Assembly: GCA_008690995.1 (NCBI GenBank)
Contig: VRMN01000004.1
Coordinates: 1,178,001 to 1,242,000, forward strand
Direction of reading: 5' to 3'
Source of the DNA: Porphyridium purpureum
Lineage: Eukaryota
Length of the DNA: 64,000 nt
Shown: in pieces, positions 24,186 to 33,304 of the stretch
How positions within the stretch are numbered: position 1 is the first letter of the stretch
Layout of the letters: each line of letters starts with the position of its first letter
Notes under the pieces: model-generated
Database searches by the model: none
Seen by the model: the letters and a program-made list of their open reading frames with translations, nothing else
What the model was told of the DNA's origin: nothing
Made by a program: the position numbers and the translations under genes

Positions 24186-25811
24186 TCAAGACGATGCCTC
24201 TTTTTGAGCTTGCGAGCGCGCCTTCCACGCATAGTAAGCGAGCAAAAATGTCGTAGCCAGCAGAGTTGCAGCGGTTCCGCCCCAAAAGCAGCCTACGCCT
24301 CCCAGCCCGAGGCTGCTCGAATAGTCATTTAACATTCCCGCGAGAATATTACCCCCTGCAAGTGACACCCCCGACAACGCGGCAAAGAAGGCAAATCCGG
24401 CACCGCGTTGCGTAGAACTCAGACTCGACGACAGAAGGCTCTTAGTGTTAGCTTGAGTCATGCTCATGTGCACCCCGATCAGGATGAAGCCGAGAATGAT
24501 CCCAAATACAGATGGCAAGAACATGAACGCGGCGTTCGCGGCGACCAAAACCAAGAAGCCAGTGACCAAGATGGCCTGCGAGCTCATGCTGTCGGCTAGC
24601 CATCCCATGGGGTACGACAGCAGTGCTTGGATGAGCTGATTCACCGTAAGAAGCAGAGGCAGCGAAGCATTCGATACGCCAACACCACGTGCGCGAAGGA
24701 TGACAAACGACTCACTGAAGCGCGCCATGTACAAAGTGGCCACGATGATGGAGCAAAAGTAGAAATCAGGGGGCAACTTTCGAATCTCGGCCCACTGCTT
24801 TGCTACAGATTCACGCATGGAAGTCTTTTCCACCGGCTGAGCTGGGGCATCGCTCTTGCTACTGCTCGCGACTTTCTCTGCATCCTTTGTCAAAGAAGGC
24901 TGTGAGACCTGCGTAAGCAGCAAGAACAACGACAAAACAGCCGGCAGCGTGGCCAGAATGAACACGAGTTTGTAGTTAGACTGCGTCAAGTACATCATCA
25001 GCGAGCACGCCAAAGAACCCACAACACCACCAAAAGTGGCGAAGGAGTAGTTGACGGAGAAAGCGCGATTGCGCGTGCCGGGCGAGGACAAATCTGCAAT
25101 GAGCGCGTCGAGGGGGGCACCGCGCACGCCTTTCGATAGCCTATCAATGATTTTGCCGGAAAACAACCAGTAAAAGGCCGGGACATTGCCGAAGAATTGC
25201 TGCACGATACCCGCTCCCGCGAACATGGGCTTGACCAAGATTGTCATGACTGCACCTACGGAGATGACGCCGATACGGCTCTTGAGCATGTCTGAGATGA
25301 CGCCCGAAAACACCTTGCTGAAGAATGCCGCGGCGATGGCAGCGCCTTCAAACATGCCAATTTTCGAGTTGGACAGACCCAGCTCGTCGCGCATGTACAC
25401 GGGGAGCACGCTGACCACCATGAGGTTTGAAACGGTCCACAAGTGACTCACTAATGCAAGCACGATCAGAGACCGATTCTTTGCCGGATCGTCTTCAATG
25501 CTGAGGTACGCCAGTGCCTTTTGCAGGATCGACTTTGGAGCGTCATCCGATGCATCACCTTTCTCGACCTCGTTCTGATCCGTCTTCTCTGCAAGGCATC
25601 GACCGACGCGATCACTCCTACTTTTTCTATTGCACGCAACGCTCGAAAACCCGGCGCGCGCGCCGAGCACACGCCTAGACTGCGCGGGGACCACTGCCCC
25701 GTCTCGCGGAGCCAGCGCTGCTGCCGGTGCAGAGGCGGACAGGCCAGTTCCATGCCTATTGGATCTGGACGGCGCGAGCGCGGCGCAACTCGCCAGAAAC
25801 GCCATCGTCAT
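24186..25811 (-). CDS. MFS transporter with plastid transit-like N-terminus
   Basis: About 12 TM helices; motif-A-like SGVISDMLKSR and GWLADSMS; DRLSKGVRGAPLDALIAD; MAFLAS N-terminus. Confidence 0.9.
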   Translation of the reverse strand: MTMAFLASCAALAPSRSNRHGTGLSASAPAAALAPRDGAVVPAQSRRVLGARAGFSSVACNRKSRSDRVGRCLAEKTDQNEVEKGDASDDAPKSILQKALAYLSIEDDPAKNRSLIVLALVSHLWTVSNLMVVSVLPVYMRDELGLSNSKIGMFEGAAIAAAFFSKVFSGVISDMLKSRIGVISVGAVMTILVKPMFAGAGIVQQFFGNVPAFYWLFSGKIIDRLSKGVRGAPLDALIADLSSPGTRNRAFSVNYSFATFGGVVGSLACSLMMYLTQSNYKLVFILATLPAVLSLFLLLTQVSQPSLTKDAEKVASSSKSDAPAQPVEKTSMRESVAKQWAEIRKLPPDFYFCSIIVATLYMARFSESFVILRARGVGVSNASLPLLLTVNQLIQALLSYPMGWLADSMSSQAILVTGFLVLVAANAAFMFLPSVFGIILGFILIGVHMSMTQANTKSLLSSSLSSTQRGAGFAFFAALSGVSLAGGNILAGMLNDYSSSLGLGGVGCFWGGTAATLLATTFLLAYYAWKARSQAQKEASS

Positions 25812-26762
25812 CTTGCCTTTGATGCGATCGCGTCGTTGATCTGCCGCTCTGACTAAGACTCTTCCTATACTCCTACCCCAAGTCAGCTCCCCACCACCAC
25901 CACCACCACCGGTTTCGGTGTGTCACCGCACGCGCGCGCGCTGTACACGCACAAAACACTCCTGTCCACACATGTCGCGAACTGTACCCTACTACGAAAC
26001 TCGGAACTCTCCGCAGCTCGGGCTGCAAGGGCATGAAGGTGAGACACCCAGGCACAGACCAACGCCCTTCATGAGGCGCTGCGGGGAGCGCCGCGTGCGT
26101 CGGCTTCCGTGGCGAAGCTCGGCCTCTGGTTCTGTACCTTGCTCTGATTGCTCTCGCAGGTCGGAATCATGTGTCATGTGCCAGTGCTCGCTGAACGCTA
26201 ACCTTTTGTCCCTGTTTGTGTTACTAGTGTATGTTCGTTCAGAACCGCGTGGTTCGTGTGCGCCGGCGGCCGCTTTGTTGTGATGGCACTTGAGAGCACG
26301 AGCACAAGAAGGACAGGGAGATATCCCGCATCAATGTCGAAGGTCACATACGACCACAGCAAGGACGGGCTGTACCGAGCCGCATTTCCAAGGCCACCCT
26401 GGTTGTGAGTCAGAGCACGATACGCAAATGGGTACGCGCACGACTGAGACGGCCCTCGGCCACGTGTGTATCAAGTTTTCTACTCTGGCAGCGTGTGGAT
26501 GACGCGTGTAAGATATGCGTCACGTTCCGCGCGGAAGGGTTGTCCGGTACGTCAGCACGTCAGCTTGGAAGCATGCGTGTGCAGTGTAAACTAGCAGAAT
26601 CACAAGGCAGCGATTAAAAAAATTAAGGCACCGGGTCTTCGGAGCGTGTTTAAAATAAAGCGGCAGGTCAAAAGGCCAGCGAGGCGGGTAAGCGAGGTGT
26701 GCGCCGAAGGAAAGGGAGACGTGTGTGTAGGTGGCGGGAAGGCAGGATTCAAGCACATTGGA

Positions 26763-27704
26763 ATGAGAATGGGATGGGAGATGCCGGGCTGCGCAGTGCG
26801 TCGTTGTGCGGCAGAGTGTGAGGCGGGGACGAGCCTGCGTGAGCGGACGTTGAGCGAGGCAGAGTGGCTGCATTCGCTGGAGCGGTACGCGCGTGAGGAG
26901 GACGAGGTGCTTGCGTGCAGACAGCAGCAGCACGTCCAGGAGCAGCATCTGCAACAGAGGCCGCGTGGGAATGGGCCATGGCATGAGCCGGGATTCTCGA
27001 GGTGTGTTCATGGCTGTGAGGAGAACTCGCCGTCCAGCTCGCAAGAGCTGTTTCTTGTGTGCAAGCAGGAGGTGCGAACAACGCAGGCGCGGACACCTGG
27101 AGGGACGACCGGGCATGAGGACGAACGAGCTCCTAGCATTAATGAGATCGGGATAAGAGAAGCGGGATCAATTGATCCCGATAGCGACGTAAGCGAGCTT
27201 CCACTTGGTACTTCTACAGCCGCAAACTCGACACCCGTGGCGCCCTCGAGGCGTGCGAGCCCGGCATTGAAGAGACGCAGAGTACGGACACGTCATACCG
27301 GAGCCCTCCCGTCCGAATGTGACCATGCGGGTGAGGAAGAGCAGCGCATGCAGCTAGCTTTGCACGCTTTCTTTGATCGCGAACCAGACCACAAAGGCCA
27401 GTTGCGGTGCCTATGCGGAACCGCATTGTGGGCGCCGAACGCACGACACCATTGCTTGAAGTGCAGTGTCGTGCAAACCATTCTGCATAGTGAGACGCTG
27501 GAGCAATTGCGTGCGCGTGAGCAGCGCAAGATGTTCGAGGCGGAAGCCGCGGAGCGACAGCGTGTCATTCAAGGCAAAATTGAAGGCTTTGTCGTGAACC
27601 GAATGCGGCGAGGACACGCAACGTGCATTTACTGCCATGAGGATGTTTGGGCACCGAATTGCCAGCGGCACCGTAATTGCTGCCGCAAAGGATTGGATGC
27701 ATGA
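26763..27704 (+). CDS. Hypothetical protein with two Cys/His WAPN putative zinc fingers
   Basis: CLCGTALWAPNARHHCLKC and CIYCHEDVWAPNCQRHRNCC; NLS-like LKRRRVR. Start codon uncertain. Confidence 0.65.
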   Translation: MRMGWEMPGCAVRRCAAECEAGTSLRERTLSEAEWLHSLERYAREEDEVLACRQQQHVQEQHLQQRPRGNGPWHEPGFSRCVHGCEENSPSSSQELFLVCKQEVRTTQARTPGGTTGHEDERAPSINEIGIREAGSIDPDSDVSELPLGTSTAANSTPVAPSRRASPALKRRRVRTRHTGALPSECDHAGEEEQRMQLALHAFFDREPDHKGQLRCLCGTALWAPNARHHCLKCSVVQTILHSETLEQLRAREQRKMFEAEAAERQRVIQGKIEGFVVNRMRRGHATCIYCHEDVWAPNCQRHRNCCRKGLDA

Positions 27705-28023
27705 TGAATACTCTGGTCCCAGCGCACTCGTCTTTGTTCAGCACCTGTCAGGTGCTTCTTGAGTCTAGTACTGAATGCATTCCTGGGCATTGTCCCTTGC
27801 CGCTTTGTACCGTAGGTTTGAATTGAACGTTTCGGTAGAGTTGTGGTTGGCCTCTGCTATTCGAGCACACTTGCATGGTTACCGAGAAAATTTGGTGAGT
27901 CAACTGACTACTAAATATGTGGATAGATTCCTGACTTGTAGTATAGATACAATGTGTGTGCGTTTTGAGCTTGTTGTCAATAAGGTAAACATGTGCGTTT
28001 GCAACCTTTATGAACAGATAATT

Positions 28024-28968
28024 TCAAACGAGCGTAATCTGGGGCTTTCGCACCCGTATGGAAGGCTCGTGGTCCTCGGCGCTCCACTCATCTCGTGGAA
28101 TCCTTTGCACGCGTCGCTGATGTTGGTGTGGGTTCTGACGCTCTTCATACCGCGTCCGTTCGAGTTGGTTCTCCACCCCTTCCTTCTCTTGACTAAGCAC
28201 AGGCGGACCGCTGGTGTGTGTCGGCAATTCGTGCATTTCTTGCGCAGCCGCATTATCATCTTCGCTAGGATCAGTCTCGTCGCGCTTGTACATCCTGCGT
28301 GCGAGAAAGCCACATAAACACGCGATCGCTGGGAATGTGCCTGGTGCAACAAGAATGAACATAAAGACCGAGCCGCCAATCTTGATGACTTTTTCCAGAA
28401 ATGACTTCCATCGCGATATCTTAAAGTTGCTGATTTCCACCGTGCCGACTTGCTGCTCACTGTCAAGCTGCGGTTCTGTGTTTCCCTTCATTTTCTCCGT
28501 ATTCTTCTCTGGCTTACCGACAGAAACGTCCTTCGCGCTGTCAACAACATGCGACATGTTTTTCGCGCTTACTCGTGCAAAAAGTCGGCCTTCCATGACA
28601 TCTGCGTGCTCCACCTGTGTCCGCATCGCGTCGGAGAGACCTGTGTGACCATGTTGGACTTCGAGAGCCACCCTGTATCTCCGTCCCTCTCCCATGCTGT
28701 CGGAATCAGCCGAATCAACCGAGCCAACAGGCACTTCATCTGCCGCGTGAGAAATCTTTCCACAATCTCCAAGCACAGGCATCTCCGAACCACATCGTTT
28801 CGACACAGTGCCAGCCTGCCCGCTTGTGTTCACGGTCGGTGCCGCAGCCGCCGCCGAACGCCAGGCAGGCACGGCGAGCGCCGTGCCACAATTCAGCAAG
28901 AAGCACAAACCCACCACACCAAGCGCGCAGGTCAAGTTCCATATCACGTGTATCGAATGCGCTCTCAT
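28024..28968 (-). CDS. Hypothetical single-pass membrane protein
   Basis: Signal-like LTCALGVVGLCFLLNCGTALA; internal hydrophobic IGGSVFMFILVAPGTFPAIACLCGFLA followed by RR. Confidence 0.5.
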   Translation of the reverse strand: MRAHSIHVIWNLTCALGVVGLCFLLNCGTALAVPAWRSAAAAAPTVNTSGQAGTVSKRCGSEMPVLGDCGKISHAADEVPVGSVDSADSDSMGEGRRYRVALEVQHGHTGLSDAMRTQVEHADVMEGRLFARVSAKNMSHVVDSAKDVSVGKPEKNTEKMKGNTEPQLDSEQQVGTVEISNFKISRWKSFLEKVIKIGGSVFMFILVAPGTFPAIACLCGFLARRMYKRDETDPSEDDNAAAQEMHELPTHTSGPPVLSQEKEGVENQLERTRYEERQNPHQHQRRVQRIPRDEWSAEDHEPSIRVRKPQITLV

Positions 28969-29137
28969 ATCACCCGGCAACTTGACGCCACTTGACGCCA
29001 CTCGCCCAAGAGTCTGGTCCTCACACCCCACGCACACTCAACCATGCGCCCACAGGTGGCGATGGTTGCTCCTTGTCACGCATTTTTTAAACCAGAATGA
29101 ATTCTTAAAAAAGGTTGAATAATTGCCGAGTCGTTTT

Positions 29138-29164
29138 GGTTTCAAACCGGTCCTGTTTGAAACC
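29138..29164. repeat. Perfect 10-bp inverted repeat
   Basis: GGTTTCAAAC-cggtcct-GTTTGAAACC. Confidence 0.85.
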
Positions 29165-29260
29165 GATAACTCCGAGCGTGAATGAGAAATGTGTCCGACG
29201 ATCAAGGAAAGAAAACACTTGTTCATGTCGTTCGTGGATATATGCAATGAGGACAACCTA

Positions 29261-29690
29261 GTCGTCTTCTAGAGGGCACAAGGACCCGAATGCCGTGGGG
29301 CAGAACTTTGTGCGCGTCACGTTCGAGGACGAGCGCGTGCTCATGCTCACGGCAAACCACCTTGCGTACGTAAACAGTGCGCTGGTGCCAGCTTGCGACA
29401 TCCGTGCCGGTATGCTGATGACGGATGCTGAGGCTGGGCGTGAGATCCGCGTGAAGTCTGTGGAGTTTACCATGCGCGCCAAGGGGCTGTACATGCCGCA
29501 TACGGCGCACGGTGACCTAGTGGTGGATGGCATTGTGGTGTCGTCGTACGCGTCCGTGGCACCGCGCAGAGCGCACGCGCTGCTGCTGATTGAGCGCGTG
29601 GTTCGTGCGGTTTGCTTTTCTGCGCTGGGTAATTTGCTGGAGAAGAAGACGCCGTGGTTGCTCGAGCGCGCCATGTCTGTGGTAGCATAG
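29261..29690 (+). pseudogene. 5'-truncated copy of the Hint/Hog C-terminal region of gene 31043-31981
   Basis: Aligns to 31553-31981. TTC TGG GGG CAC has become TTC TAG AGG GCA C (stop plus 1-nt insertion), with about 8 further substitutions by manual count. Lacks signal peptide, N-domain and catalytic Cys1. Confidence 0.88.
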
Positions 29691-29707
29691 GGCATCGGGC
29701 ATGAGGC

Positions 29708-29763
29708 ACCGGTCGTCGGGGACCGGTCGTCTGGAACAGGTCGTCGGGGACAGGTCGTCGGGT
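29708..29763. repeat. 4 x 14-bp tandem repeat (AC[C/A]GGTCGTCGGGG)
   Basis: Four adjacent units; the paralogous 3' flank near 31998 has only one unit. Confidence 0.85.
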
Positions 29764-31042
29764 ATCGGGGATCGAAAGGAGGAGATGTGAAGGAGGTGCG
29801 CAGAATGTCTTGAGTGGAGAGTCGTAGGTGGTGCGGTGCCACTCGCCCTCTGCCCATGTGCAGAACACGCGTGTGGTGAAGCGGACCGTTCTGTCGCAAT
29901 CTGCTGGCCTGCCGCTCGCACGCCACGCAGCCGCGACATCGCGTTGTATTGACTCTTTGCACACTGCGGCTGTACCGTGGCCGTGGCGAAGTGCGACAGA
30001 AACGGATGGAAGAGAATACCTGCTGTTCCACTTTTCGAGTGAAATGATCCATCCTCTACTAAAGAGGACACAGCTTCGGTGAAGAAGCAACGTTGCTGGC
30101 AACCGGAACGGAAAGGCACGTCGCTGAACTTAACGCAGGCCTACAGCTTCAGAATTGGTCGCGATTTCCTTGCGCTTATGCGCCGCGCAGATTTGCATAG
30201 CCGAAGATGCGCTTCGACACAGACACGCACCAATTGGACAAAACGGGCTAGTCAACGGTGTCCAAAGCTGACGCGGTAATGTTCTTGAGCTTCCGTTTCG
30301 TCTGCTGCTGCTGGTGCTGTGTCTGCCGTTAACCTCCGTTAGACCCAAAATGGGCCCAAAGTGGTTGGCTCAGTTGCTTTGCATGGACGCCATAACCCAA
30401 GCACTCCGTACCAAGCCGAATACCTCCCAGCAAAGGTCCAAATTACCATGCGGCACCGGCGCCGCATCTGGTTTTCCATCACGCTGCGAGGTCTTGGACC
30501 ATAACTATCGGCACGGAGTCGGGTGCCGCTGAAATGCTTCCACGTCGCCTGAGTTCGTGTACTGTACGTGCAGATGCCACATAGAGTGGTCATCATGCCC
30601 TTCCACACCGCACTAATCCCCAATGCACCAAGGCCAACGCGGGCCTAACCTGCTCGCGCGTGCTCCGCGTGTTCGTCACACTCCCAAGTACAGTGCGCGG
30701 TACACGCCACAAGCCCGTTTGCTTCGAAACGATTTCATTGGAAAAAGAATGGAGTGATTCAAATCTATCTGTTTATGAGGGACCTTGCGAACCCCGATGA
30801 GCTCGACTGGTGTAATTCACAGCGGGAACGTGGATCCTGTAGATACTCCGAGCAGATTCGGCGCCAGTCGGATGCAGATCAACAGACACATACTAAACAG
30901 ATGCGCAGATGCACGGAGAAAGGGGGGCGGAGCGGGCGAGGAAGAGTGGCAAGGGGAGATAGTTCTGGCGTAGGAAAGGGGCTGCCTTGTTGGTATTGTC
31001 GTTGTCGTCTTCCTCTTCTGTGGGTAAGCAGCCAAAGCGGAG

Positions 31043-31981
31043 ATGACGAAGGTGGGCACGCCGGCGCTGCTGGTGGCGGTGGCTGCCGCGGTGATGGCCG
31101 CGACGTTCCTGCGCGTCGATGCCCAATCGCTGAGGCTCTGTGTGTACGAGGATGCGTCGTGCTCAGAGCGCGAGTCGTGCCGGGATTTTTCGAACGGCTG
31201 TCAGAACGTGGACGGGACCCCCGTGTCGATTCGCTCGGAGATTGATTGCACCGAGACAGACGGCATGGTGGAATTCTCAACACTCATACTTGAGATTTGG
31301 GAAAATAGCAAGGACTGCCCTAGTGATGTGACACCCGTGGACTTCTCGCTCCCGGGGACAAACATCACAGAAAATACATGCTATGTTGACGAAGAGGCTG
31401 GTTCGTACAGGGTCACAAACGTCAATTGCGGTGGCGGAGACTGCTTCCCGGCTTTCGCACGGGTACAACTGGAGGACGGATCCCGCAAAGCTATGCATGA
31501 GATCAACATTGGCGACATGGTCAAGGTGTCAGCCACAGATAACTACAGCCCGGTCGTCTTCTGGGGGCACAAGGACCCGAATGCCGTGGGGCAGAACTTT
31601 GTGCGCGTCACGTTCGAGGACGAGCGCGTGCTCATGCTCACGGCAAACCACCTTGCGTACGTAAACAGTGCGCTGGTGCCAGCTTACGACATCCGTGCCG
31701 GTATGCTGATGACGGATGCTGAGGCTGGGCGTGAGATCCGCGTGGAGTCTGTGGAGTTTACCATGCGCGCCAAGGGGCTGTACATGCCGCATACGGCGCA
31801 CGGTGACCTAGTGGTGGATGGCATTGTGGTATCGTCGTACGCGTCCGTGGCACCGCGCATGGCGCACGCGCTGCTGCTGATTGAGCGCGTGGTTCGTGCG
31901 GTGGGCTTTTCTGCGCTGGGCAATTTGCTGGAGAAGAAGACGCCGTGGTTGCTCGAGCGCGCCATGTCTGTGGTAGCATAG
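31043..31981 (+). CDS. Secreted Cys-rich protein with C-terminal Hedgehog-type Hint/Hog autoprocessing domain
   Basis: Signal peptide ending VDA|Q; 8-Cys acidic N-domain; GGGD|CFP cleavage site (Cys codon at 31442); IGDMV; LTANHL (TxxH); GLYMPHTAHGDLVVDGIVVSSY; SRR-like AHALL...PW tail. Confidence 0.93.
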   Translation: MTKVGTPALLVAVAAAVMAATFLRVDAQSLRLCVYEDASCSERESCRDFSNGCQNVDGTPVSIRSEIDCTETDGMVEFSTLILEIWENSKDCPSDVTPVDFSLPGTNITENTCYVDEEAGSYRVTNVNCGGGDCFPAFARVQLEDGSRKAMHEINIGDMVKVSATDNYSPVVFWGHKDPNAVGQNFVRVTFEDERVLMLTANHLAYVNSALVPAYDIRAGMLMTDAEAGREIRVESVEFTMRAKGLYMPHTAHGDLVVDGIVVSSYASVAPRMAHALLLIERVVRAVGFSALGNLLEKKTPWLLERAMSVVA

Positions 31982-32191
31982 GGCATCGGGCACATGACAC
32001 AGGTCATCGGGTACCGGGGATAGAAAGGAGGGAATGTAAAGGAGGAGGGCAGAATGCCATGAGTAGAGAGTCGTAGGTGGTGCGGTGCCACACGCTCTCT
32101 ACTCACATGCAGGACAGGCGAGTAGTGAAGCGGGCGTAGAAGCGATGGGTTGAAAGGTATCATTAAAGGTTAGTTGCTTTGCACCTAGTTG

Positions 32192-32193
<2 letters not shown>

Positions 32194-32230
<37 letters not shown>
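32194..32230. repeat. (GT)18 microsatellite
   Basis: Perfect GT run. Confidence 0.95.
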
Positions 32231-32231
<1 letters not shown>

Positions 32232-32566
32232 CTGTGCCTTGTGACCGCTAGGCAGCCTCGATGATCACTCTGCTCCCTGTCGTCCCTCCACCCATCGCGA
32301 TGCTCCGCTCTCGTGGCGGCAGCACCTGCGCAGCCCAGGCTGTTCCGTCGCAATTCTGCCCGTCTGCCGCGTGGCGTGGAAGCACACGCAACAACGCTAC
32401 GAGGAGGTACACTTGGTGTAAGTGAGCTGTACCATAGTCGAGGTACAGTGCGCCGCGTGTTGGCGCGGTGGATGACCGGAGACGCACGGACGGACGGACA
32501 TGTCACGATGTGGTTCGGAGGATGTGGCGCGGCGCGGCAGCAGGCCGCTAGCAAGGGGTGGAGTGC

Positions 32567-33217
32567 ATGGAGCGTCAAGAACGGCGGCTGCCGATGCCGA
32601 CGATCAAGGGGTTGGATGTGCGATGGCCATGGCAACGAGATGAGCGCAAGTCGGGAGTGTCAGATGAGCCGCAGGCGGGAGTATGTTTGGAGCTGGTGGA
32701 AGGAGATGACGCGGGTGTGAGCGAGCTGTGCGAGCGTGATTGTATGGTGCGAGTGGGTGGCGGGCGGAGAGATCGACGGCCGTTCGAGACTCGCGCGGCG
32801 CTGGGTATTTCAGGCGGTTGCTACGTGGGTGCTGGGTTTGGATTTGCGGTAGGAATTGGAAACCTCTGGATGCTGCCTGGTAAGAGTGACACTGCGATTG
32901 TCACCCCGAGCCTTCAGCTCCAGCCGTTTGCTCACCAAGGGTATCTGGTCGGCGCATTTTGCGGTGTCGCCATTGGCTCTGGTTTTGGTGCGAGTGTCGC
33001 AAAGGGCATCGGATTCGCGTTCGAACTCGAAGCGCTGCTCGCTTTATTTCGAGCGCTGGTAAGAGGCAAATTCGTGTCTGCACTCAACGCCAGCGCGCGT
33101 CGGCCGAAAAGACAAGTCACCTCAAAGCTCCTCATTAGTAGTAGCAGCTCCAACCACATCAGATCCCGTCCCGCAGGCTTTATTGCAAGTGCATCAGTTC
33201 CACGGATAAACGGTTAA
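32567..33217 (+). CDS. Glycine-rich hydrophobic protein (TGD5/AS8-like GxG pattern)
   Basis: GISGGCYVGAGFGFAVGIG and VGAFCGVAIGSGFGASVAKGIGFAF segments; family assignment tentative. Confidence 0.55.
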   Translation: MERQERRLPMPTIKGLDVRWPWQRDERKSGVSDEPQAGVCLELVEGDDAGVSELCERDCMVRVGGGRRDRRPFETRAALGISGGCYVGAGFGFAVGIGNLWMLPGKSDTAIVTPSLQLQPFAHQGYLVGAFCGVAIGSGFGASVAKGIGFAFELEALLALFRALVRGKFVSALNASARRPKRQVTSKLLISSSSSNHIRSRPAGFIASASVPRING

Positions 33218-33304
33218 CCATTTCCTTTGTACAGATTCATTTCATCGACGCTTCGCGGGAGGAGAAACCTTTGAGAGCGACACGGCGTCGCGTTCCCAAC
33301 TACC

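Noticed and set aside
29295..29690. 131-aa ORF as a functional stand-alone Hint protein
   Set aside because: It starts at GTG mid-domain, lacks Cys1, and has a stop and frameshift just upstream; treated as a pseudogene fragment.
30508..30527. Hairpin resembling the tracrRNA 3' stem (GGCAC.GAGTCGG.TGC)
   Set aside because: Short GC-rich match with no other tracrRNA elements; most likely chance.
31442..31981. True intein or protein splicing
   Set aside because: No C-terminal His-Asn plus nucleophile and no C-extein; the layout is Hog-type.
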